Assembly: GCF_009914755.1 (NCBI RefSeq)
Contig: NC_060926.1
Direction: 5' to 3' (one strand)
Length of the DNA: 64,000 nt
DNA from: the human T2T-CHM13v2.0 reference genome, Homo sapiens
The translations under genes and the position numbers were made by a program. Each line of letters begins with the position of its first letter. Within the stretch, counting starts at the first letter, position 1. Of the stretch, positions 54,693-64,000 are shown piece after piece. The notes under the pieces were generated by a model. It searched no databases, was not told the DNA's origin, and saw nothing but the letters and a program-made list of their open reading frames with translations.

Positions 54693-57600
54693 CAATTGGC
54701 ATACCTAGGAACATAGCAGCTGAAATTATATTTCATCTCCAGAATTGGCCACTGTTTCACACAGGCAGTGGTCACCCCTGGGGAGTGAATCTGTTTCTAG
54801 ATTGCATTCATGTAAGGCATGTTTGGAGAAGGAATACAGAAGGCAATGGTGTAAGTCCTTGAAGGTCTGAGGTCACATCTGGAAAAGAATGGCTGGACTG
54901 GGCTGGGTGAGAAAATGTGGTTGGATGCAGCAAAATTTTTTTCTACATACAAAGCAGAATCATCACTTTAAAACCCCTGGGTCTACTACTTCTTTAAAGC
55001 TAAGCAGGTCCTTAGTAAATCAGGTGGCCTCAATATTTTTGTCCTATATCCAATATATTAATAGTATCACTTACTATTTTGAAGGACACACTATTAGTAA
55101 TCCTTTGTTTAATCTTAGCATAATTTACTCTCCATTTTCTCCTAAATTTGGTGCAGAAAACTTTCAAAAATGATGAGAAATGGAATGAGTTTTGTCTTGA
55201 GAATTTTATCTAAAAACTTTCAATATACTTCAGATAAGGGAAGCCACCTTGCAGCTTTGCAAATTCGAGATTGGGAAACAGCAGAGTAAGGCAGGGAATG
55301 TTTCTGGGTAACCTGGGGTTGGTGTGGGGACATCCCACATAGGCTTTTTTTTTTTTTTTTTTTTGCAAGTGATGACTTTTACAAAGAAACAGATGGGCCC
55401 TTTGAGGTTGCTGTTCCTGCCTGAGTTCAGGGAGGTTCCAGGGTAGGATTTAGTAGCAGAGGGCATGGAGCCATCTCAATGTGTTCAGCTCTAGGTTGCT
55501 TGACTGGCTGCCATCACTTTTTGCCTCCTGCTGACGTCACACACACATATCTTCCCTGTTGCTCCTGGCTGGCAGGAGAGCTAAGGGCAGCTGCTTCCAG
55601 GTGTGACCACTGTTGAGCCAAGCTCCTGTCACAGCCCTTATTGCCATGTAGAAGCAGCTTCTACTGAAGTTAAGCCCAAGGTAACACAGATCAGCCCTCT
55701 GTATTACTTCTCCAGGGTTGCCAGCTCATTTTAACCCAGACTGGTCAAAAATTAATATCCCATCATTTCAGCTTGCAAAGCCATTCAACACTAGGTCAAT
55801 GTGAATTCAATAGAATTTCATATCACTTACAATAAAGACTCTGGCTTTTTTGAAAGTGCATACAGAAAAAAAAAAAGATGAAGAGAGATGAAGCTGCAGA
55901 TCCCTGGGCCAGTTGTCAAAGGGAAAAAGCCTTTATGCCAGCGACAGGAGCTAAGCCCATCCTTTTTGGTTCTTTTAAAGTGAAGGTGGGTTTGAGCAGA
56001 GAAAATCCTATTGTGTTGAATGATTCTGTCGGGAGAGAGGTAGAGACTTTGGAATATAAATGAGTGCTAGCGAGTTGGAGAATTAAAACTCTCCGTCATC
56101 CGTGTATTATGGGCTTCATGTGTGATAAACATGCGTGTTTCCAGATTAACCCCAGCCTGCCAGGGCCTGTTTAATGGTATTATTGTTAATAGCATCTTTG
56201 ATCCCAGTGTGTGTTTACCATACTTGTCTGGGAGACATCTGTGCTGAGTGATGGTGGGGCCTGGCTTGAGCACATGTAGGATCTTGGGAGGGAAGTAGGT
56301 GACTTTCAGTCCACAGAGACTTAGGATACCTTATCATGGGGGTGGGGTGGGAGATGAGGTAGGGAAACTTGGGGTGTGAAGAAGGAGAAAGTCTACAGAG
56401 GAATTCGCAATTCTTAAGATTACTCTAGGTCCAGGTTCAGTGCTTGGTTTAGAAAAAGCAACTAATTTTGGAAATTGGGTATGAAGGGAAGTAAATGTGG
56501 GGAGAGGAAAGAGGGTAGTAGACACAAGAAGAAATATTTGAGAGAGTGAGAGAGAGAGAGCGTGCGAGAAAGAAAGGTTTGGTAGGGGGAACACTGGTTG
56601 GTAGAAGGGAAGGTCGTGTGGTGAAAGGAGGGTAGCTATCAACTCTTCTGCCCATGGTCTCCCCCAGGCCCTGTCCCTGCCTATGTTCTCAGTGGCTTAT
56701 GCAGAAAAAAAGGGGGACAGGAACGGGAAAAGTCTGTAAGGCACTGAGAAGCATTCTTCTCCCTTTATCTTCTCCTCTCCTTTATCTTTCTTTCTCTTTT
56801 TGTATCTTTTCTTCCTTCCTTTACTTGCAAGTTCAAACATTTTGGTGAAGTTTAGCCTGAGTGTTGGAACTACCTGTTCATCTTTGGGCAAGTCTTTTAA
56901 TGCCCCTCGTTCTGAGATTCTCCATCTGCATGGTAGAAATGAATTGCTTGTACATCAGAGACTTTGTTCTTCACAATGTGCACACCAGTCAGAGGTAACT
57001 GAAGGTACACATTATTTATGTTGTTAAATAATGTATGTGTGTGTGTGAATAATATTTGAAAAATGGAGCTACAAGAAGTGAAATGTATCTTAAAATGTGC
57101 AATACAATAGCAAATGTCCCATGACAGTTTTTCTTCTTTCCTGGTCACTTTGTGAGGATTATTCAACTAATGTCTTGGAAGTGCGGTGTTCTGGGCATGC
57201 AGGAAAAGAGGTCTAACCCCCTTGCATCATGCAGGGCTCAAGGAGGATTTTATTTTTCCCAAGAAAAGATGCCAATTGCAGTTATTCTGAGTAACAAACA
57301 AAACATTACATCTTACGACTCAACATTGCTTTACGTCTGAAATAATAAATCCTGATATACCATTCTTTGAGGAATCATCTATTCTTGTGGCTTTTTCCCA
57401 TGGAAGGCCTTGACATCTGGTTACAAGGATGGAAAAGAAGGTGAGTTTAATTGACCAATTGACCAACCAACCAAACATCAACCAAAATAAAGGAATATGG
57501 AGATTTCAAATGCACTTTGAAGTATATCTAGTGTTAGGTCAATTGTGAAGGGTTCCAGTTGTTACATTTTCACTCCTTTCATGGCTGGGACATAGGCATA

Positions 57601-59130
57601 TGATCAACCCAGGCACTACAGAAGTTCCAGGTGGTGGAGAAGTTGACAAGATTTCCCCATGCACTTAGACAAGGGCAAGGTGTCCCTTTGCTTACTGGAG
57701 CAGATGGCTTTGTACAAGCTCTTTAGGATAGCCCATGTCCTGGTTTCAGCTCAGATCATTGAACTGGAAACATGCGTGTCCATAGAGACACTCACCTTGG
57801 ACAGTAGTCATCTGTCTTTTTTGCCTTTTACATCTCTCCCCTTTTCTGATGTTTTGCCCTTGAATGAAGCTTCTGAGTGGCCTGGTTGTTGAAGCAGATG
57901 GTCTGGTCATTGCCTGGACTCTCCAAACAGTAGGCCTTCTGCTTTAAAACAATTTTTTTAAATAACCAGCTTTAGCTGTAAAATGACTGTCAACTTGTAA
58001 CCTTACTGTTTACACCACAATGTGCAATAAAGATGGCAGAGGCTGTGAGAATACCTGCCTGGCAATTGTACTTTTGTGTGTCAGGCCAAGAAGTGCTAAA
58101 AGCTTTCAGAAATTTCAACATTTCTGACTGTGGGAACCATTTTTACAAGAATCTTTTTACAACGGAGAAGACGTTATTTCAGAGAGAAGTCAGGGATAAG
58201 GAAGCAATGCTCATTTTGAGCATGAAGATGCCTCATGTACATGAAAAAGCAGTTGAAATTCTTGCTTCTTTTCCTCCCTCCCTCCTTCCTACCTGCAGTC
58301 CCTGACTGCAAATCCCCTTGTAATTATCCTCATCACTAAAGTCTGGAAGGCTCACCTTCCACAACAGGGGATATTAGAAGGGCTAAATGTCTCCCACCGC
58401 ACAGGGAGAAATATTCCTTTGTTTGAAGAGGAAGTTTTCTCATCCAAAGATTATGTCCCCCTGTGACTGTGCCATGATCGGAAGAGAGAGAGATTTTCAC
58501 GTCCCCTGTGACTGACTGTTGTGGAAAACACAGTAATATCAGGGTTTAAGGTGGGGAGGTGGGAGTTTCAGAAGATTTTGAGGGGGTCTCTTTGCCATTG
58601 AAAGGTAGTATAACCATTTTCCGGGATTAGTGAAGATAGGGGGAGGAAGACACGCTGCCTAGGGGATGCTGCTGTGTTAGGTGCCATCATTCTCGTGTTT
58701 GGAAATCCTTCTCTGTCTGTTTTGGACATGTGTTCTGTGAAAGCCAGTCCCTGGGGGAGAAAAATGGTACTAGTACCATAGTTCGTTCCAAATCGGTGTC
58801 CAGTTTTGACATTCAGCTGATAAAGTGATGTTTTTCAGGCCTATCCGTTAGGGACATCAGAGTTAGGGTAGAAAACACCTATTGGTTCTGCTTCATTAGG
58901 TATTTATATAACCTGAAAGAAGTTCTTTTAACTTGAGGCTTTTAAAAATACAATGAAATGATTGGTGGAAAATGACTAAATATACACTTTGATGCAGATT
59001 AAAAACGGTTTACATGTAAGTAATTTAATAGTAAATAAATCATTGGTAAATTACAAATATGTTATTACCACAGTGTAGTTTTGTTGTCAACTACTAAACT
59101 CGCCTCACTGGGGTTTTGATAAAGTGTTAG

Positions 59131-59450
59131 CCAAGAGTGATTTGGGGCTGGATCCAACCTGTAGGCAGTCCAGGGCCTGTGGGTTTACCTTGGGTCCTCT
59201 GAGGGTCTTGGGTCTTTGTACACCCTCCTGTATGCCAGGGCAGACAGATCTCATTGACTTTGACTCACACTGAACCAAGTGTGATTTTGGGATGGATCCA
59301 TTTCTTAGGCAGTACAGGATCCAGGGATTTGCTCCTAAGTCCATGATGGTCTTGAGTCAGACCTAGGGGTGATAGATTAATAGTAAGAGTGTCCCTTCTC
59401 CTTGTCCCCAGCCATGGCAGACAGATCTAATTGATTAAGGCCTAGTTAGC
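59131..59450. repeat. Diverged tandem duplication, unit about 145-170 bp
   Basis: Units start at 59131 and 59275 with CCAAG(A/T)GTGATTT; both contain GGATCCA...TAGGCAGT(C/A)CAGG and GGCAGACAGATCT(C/A)ATTGA. Confidence 0.75.
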
Positions 59451-59714
59451 CTTGAGTCTAGATGCAGCTTCACCATTCCCAGGCAGCCTCAAGAGTTGAG
59501 CTGGGAGATGCAGCCCATTGGTTATCCATAATGCACCACGCCCTGATGTTTGAATTGATGTCCTCATCTCAGGGCTTCTTAGAAATCCTATTTTCAATGG
59601 CTTGAAGTTCAGTCCTTAAAGTAAAGACCCTTACTGGTCCACACAGGGTTGGTGTAGTTTTTATTCCTTATTGCTATTCAACAAATCCATGTGATATAAA
59701 CATGAACATCACAT

Positions 59715-59950
59715 GGTAGAGAAGAGAGAATTGTGTTGTCTTATCTGAGCTTGGATCCTGGTTGTTCCACCTACTAGTGGTGTGATGTTAGGCAATTATC
59801 TCTTTGAGCATTGGGCATTTATCCCAATGCTCAAAGATATAATTGTGTAAGATTTGCCTCGCACAGTCATCGTAAGAGTAAGAGATGATATAAATAACCT
59901 CGCCTATTTCCTGATACGCTTTAAGCACAAATAAATGGTGGCCATTATTA
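59715..59950 (+). mobile_element. MIR SINE with its core replaced by a hairpin
   Basis: CCACCTACTAGTGGTGTGATGTTAGGCAA...GCCTCGCACAGTCATCGTAAGAG...AAATAAATGGTGGCCATTATTA. Confidence 0.7.
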
Positions 59951-60547
59951 GCACTACCACAGGAAAAAGAGACTAGTGCAGTGTGTTGTGGACATTCACG
60001 AAATGCTACTCTCTCTTTATCCTGTTTATTTCCTTTGTAGGCGTTATCACAGACTATATTTATTTGTGTATGTGTGTTTATTTATTTTTCAGGTCATCTC
60101 CACTAGCAAGTTAGCTCCATGAGGAGCTTATTGATTTCTTTCCACAACATAGCTCAATGCTTGATGTGTAGTCGTCACTCAATAGATATTTGCTAAAACA
60201 CCAAATTTGCTTTATTTTTCTTAATAAAATAATAATCTGCAAGAATGCATAATGCAGCTCTCCTCTATGATCCCCCCTCCCCACCCCACAGAGGCTTGCA
60301 GGAGATTGTATGAAAGTGCTGTCTTCTTGGCATTGTAGGGAGTGGAGGGGTTAATAGGCTTCTGGGGCTTTATATCAGGAATGGGAGTCTCTGCAGGGCT
60401 GGAGGCTGCCTGGAAACCTTTCTCTCACTTCCAATAGCTGTGGTGTGGATCTCACTGCAACAGTCCTGACTGCAAAGGAGCTGTCTGCCCCAAGGTTGGA
60501 CTTGGCAGGGCTTTCCTGTTGAAATATTTCAGGCAGACACTGTAAGG

Positions 60548-60865
60548 CTGTGCTGTCAATAAGTAGCCACATGTGGCTGTGGAGCCCTTGAAATGGGATA
60601 GTCCAAACTGAGATGGGCTGAAAGCGTGAAATACACAAGGGATTTTGAAGACTATGTAGGAAAAAAATGTAAAATATTTCATTAATAATTCTTAATATCG
60701 ATTACATGTTGAAATGATGATATTTTGGATATATTAGGTTAAATAATATCTATGATTAAAACCAGGTTTATTTTTTTCTTCTTGCTTTTTAAAATGTGGC
60801 CACTAGAAAATTTAAAGTGACATATGTGGCTCACATTTGTGCTGACCTTATATTTCTCTCTGCCA
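60548..60865. mobile_element. MER33 (hAT-Charlie)
   Basis: CTGTGCTGTCAATAAGTAGCCACATGTGGCT...GATTACATGTTGAAATGATGATATTTTGGATATATT...ATGTGGCTCACATTTGTG. Confidence 0.88.
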
Positions 60866-62149
60866 GCCCTAGAATGGGACACACTCTCAGGGCAAAATAG
60901 AGGAAAGAGCTGTGGGCCAAGTGTCCAGAGCTAGTCTCAGTCCTGCTTCTACAAGAATTCGATATGTGATCTTGAATAAGCCACCCAAACATTCTGCACC
61001 TTAGGTCTTTCTGGAAAAGTCTATTCAGAGGCTTTGATACTTAAGAAAGAAACAATAGCGTTAAACTACACTACAGTTACAAGATGCTATTGTCTTATTT
61101 CCATTATTAAAGCCACTTCGGAAAATGTCTGTGGTGCAGGCAGCCAAACTTTCCTGATTCTGGGAAGAATGTATGGAGGCCTTGTTCCATCTGCACCAGG
61201 CAGACTCTTTGAGGGAAGAACCCAAGGCAGGAATCTCTACCTTTTGGAGCTGACTGAATGATAACTGAGACTTTCCAATCATGTGGAAATTCCCTACAAA
61301 ACCCCAACTTTTATGAAACAGATTGATAAACTGTAAAAGTCTCATCCTTAACACCTTTGCTCCCCTTATGAAGTCAATGTTATTTGTAACTACTGGAGAC
61401 TCATTCAGGATAAAACCCAGGTCAGTACCTGGACATAGTTGGTGCCCAGTAAAATGTAACAAAATGACCTATTGACCTGGGAAATGAGGACCTTTCCATG
61501 TATTAGAATCTCTTGAAAAGCTTCCTCTTCCACAATCCCTGCTGAGAAGGAATCAGAACTCTGTTGATATTGTTTATCTAATTTAGACTGTGTCTATTTA
61601 ATTTAGCTTGTGTCTTTCTAATTTATATTGTGAGCCCTCTCGACTGAAATTGAGTCTCTCTTAATGTTCTGTATGGTGTCTACTGTGTTTTCTATGCTCA
61701 GATAATATGAACAATAAGAAACATTTTAGGTTCTTGATGTGCTTTTTTGTTAATGTCAAATTCTTTGGAGGAGAACCTCCTTCAGAAGTTTGGGATTTTT
61801 AGATTGTGTCTGTATGTCTCTCAAACATATGGGAAAAAAGTGGAAAATTCCCAGACCTAGTATTTATAAATATTCGAATATAATTTATAAATAGATGGAG
61901 GAATCTTCTTATTTTAAAAATCCAGTTATTTGACATTATGTAGACATAGTCTTGTGCTCTGATATTTCTTTCACCTACCTATATAATTACAAAGTAGTAT
62001 ACATTGAGTGTATCTGTCTTCTGGTAGATAAAACTCAGGTCCCTACTGTCAGTTGCTTGCAATTCCATTCCCTGTGGGTGCACAGAAGAACCTGCATGTT
62101 GCATTTCAATGTATCATTTAACTCCCCTTTATTCCTTCCTCCAGTGTGG

Positions 62150-62365
62150 AGTGAGAGAGCAGGAATGGGCTCTGGAATCTACCTGTACTAGAATCTGTGC
62201 TTTCTCAACTTGGTGGCCTTGGGCAAATTATTTATCTATTTAAGCCTTAGTTTCTGTAAGTCGCTTTAGGGTAAATTATATCGAGCTAGCTTAGTTGTTT
62301 GAGGATAAAATTTGATCACCTCTATATAATGTGTGGAACTCAGTGATAGGCTTTCTCATAAAAAG
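62150..62365 (+). mobile_element. MIR SINE
   Basis: ATGGGCTCTGGAATC...GGCCTTGGGCAAATTATTTA...GTTGTTTGAGGATAAAAT. Confidence 0.65.
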
Positions 62366-62719
62366 CTAGGTCAAAAGGACACATTTGACTTTTTAAAAAT
62401 TCATAGATATGCAAGACTGCATCTACTCAGTACTTCTCCCCCACCCAAAGGATACCTGTTTTGCAATGAATTAATATCTCTGCAAAATATTACTCACATG
62501 TTTATAATTTTCCATGCCTACTTTGCAAATGGAGAAATGGAGTTACTTGAAGATAGAGCCCAATTGCTCTCAGTTTAGGCTGTCATGTTCTTTTGTCAGA
62601 GTAACTCAAGTATGAAAATACTGACCTCTCCTCCACAGTGAAGAACCCACTCAACACCATCTACTTTACTTTAATATCCTCCAGGAGAATGGGAAGTCCC
62701 AATGCACAGGTCAACCCCT

Positions 62720-63015
62720 GAACAATTAATGAGCACCAGTGTATGCCAGGCATTGGGAAGGTTTCAAAGAAAACCAAGAGGGTCCCTGTCCTCAAAAAAC
62801 TTGACATCTGACGGGTGAGTCAGAGCACATAAATGCACATGAAAACAGTAACAAGGCAAGGCAAAGCAAGTCAACATATTTGTTGAATCCCCACTATATG
62901 TGAAGGCATATATTAATGTCTTGTTCCTGGCACAGCAATAAGGGGTATAGGCTTCCGGCAAGGGAGGGTTTGCTGAGTGGGGGAGGAGTCAGGGAAGGTT
63001 TCTGGGGGCTAATCT
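62720..63015 (-). mobile_element. L2 3' fragments
   Basis: ATGAGCACCAGTGTATGCCAGGCATTGG...GGTCCCTGTCCTCAAAAAACTTGACATCT...GGAGTCAGGGAAGGTTT. Confidence 0.6.
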
Positions 63016-63019
63016 AAGG

Positions 63020-63178
63020 CTGTGGTTCTGAACCTTACTGAGCATCAGGTTACCTGAGCCCTGCCTCCCGAGATCAGCAATCAGCGGGTCTGGGGCAGGG
63101 GCTGGGATTCTGCGTTTCTAACAAGCTTTCGGGTGATGCTGCTGCTGCTGTTCCTCGGACCACATTTGAGTTGTGAGG
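63020..63178. mobile_element. MER5A/MER5A1 (hAT-Charlie)
   Basis: GTGGTTCTGAACCTT...GGTCTGGGGCAGGGGCTGGGATTCTGCGTTTCTAACAAGCT...GGTGATGCTG...GGACCACATTTGAG. Confidence 0.85.
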
Positions 63179-64000
63179 CTAAAGGATGAGTTGTGCCTAG
63201 CTCTGGGAGCAGAATTGTGGGGGCACCCCCATTGTGCATTTCTGGCCTTTTCCTTCCTTATGTCCTTTACAGGGGTATGCCTTTGTTGCGCTTGGCCCGT
63301 GCCACGAGGTTTCACCCAATGACGGAGCAATGGGCTGCATCTGCTCTTTATTCACAAAGAGGAAATTCCTACTTTGCTGCCATGGCCTTGTTGCTCTGCC
63401 TTCTCTTTCTCAAAATATTTGTATTTGAACACGAACTCTGCCTCTCATCTCACCCCGTCCCACCTCCACTCAACCTCAACTCTTATTTTGGCAGCAGTGA
63501 AGTTGCTGCGCTTCCCATTTGAAATAACTTTAAAGAGGAATAATCCCACAAATTACAATTACTGGTATTTATCCAAGTAAAACCCAGTATCCTGTTGCTT
63601 TGTTGACAGCAGGGCCCAGCCAACTGTTGGGTTAGCGGGGGCTGAGGAAGTTAAAAGGAGGGCCTGGTTGAGTTGCCTCACCATGGGAGGAGAGAGGCAT
63701 GTACAATCAGATATTTAACACTCCTCAGCAATTATGGGAGTTTTTATTCTCTCCCTGGCAAAGAACATAGCCCTTTACTGCAGTGTTTCAAGTTTGCCTA
63801 CAAGGCTGTCTGATAGAAGTGCTTTTATCCCCTGAAGATACAGTATAAAATACAAATCATCATTGGTTTTATCTCAGCTGGAGCTGCTGCTTCTCCAAAT
63901 ACATTTACTCTGTTCAACTGCCCATCAGACCCATTTTCATCCTTCACCCCACTCCTTGACGATAGCTGGGTTTAAGGCCTTTCTTCTGTTCTTTGTTCCT

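Noticed and set aside
58764-58779. Perfect 16-bp palindrome ATGGTACTAGTACCAT
   Set aside because: About one palindrome with 8-bp arms is expected by chance in 64 kb.
61861-61893. Imperfect AT-rich palindrome around TTCGAA
   Set aside because: Low complexity with a bulge; not distinguishable from background.

Overview
Primate (human-like) non-coding genomic DNA, densely filled with decayed transposable elements: Alu/FLAM, MIR, L1, L2, MaLR/ERVL/ERV1 solo LTRs and hAT/Tigger DNA transposons, many of them nested. I find no credible protein-coding gene; the listed ORFs are chance frames or Alu/L1/LTR-derived. No tRNA, rRNA or CRISPR is visible, and I cannot name the locus. The main candidate functional element is a weak CpG-rich promoter at about 18.6-19.55 kb (ETS site, GC boxes, + strand splice donors), possibly the start of a spliced lncRNA. 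The most unusual structures are: (1) an anonymous 552-bp retrocopy or orphan transduction with perfect 15-bp TSDs inside an old L1 (35722-36303); (2) a ~100-bp inverted, templated duplication inside the same L1 (37091-37190 vs 38043-38133); (3) a 23-bp near-perfect hairpin replacing the core of a MIR (59793-59845); (4) an old ~145-bp tandem duplication (59131-59450). I do not see evidence for a new multi-gene biological system. Repeat subfamily calls come from recalled consensus sequences and need RepeatMasker/Dfam confirmation; boundaries without TSDs are approximate.
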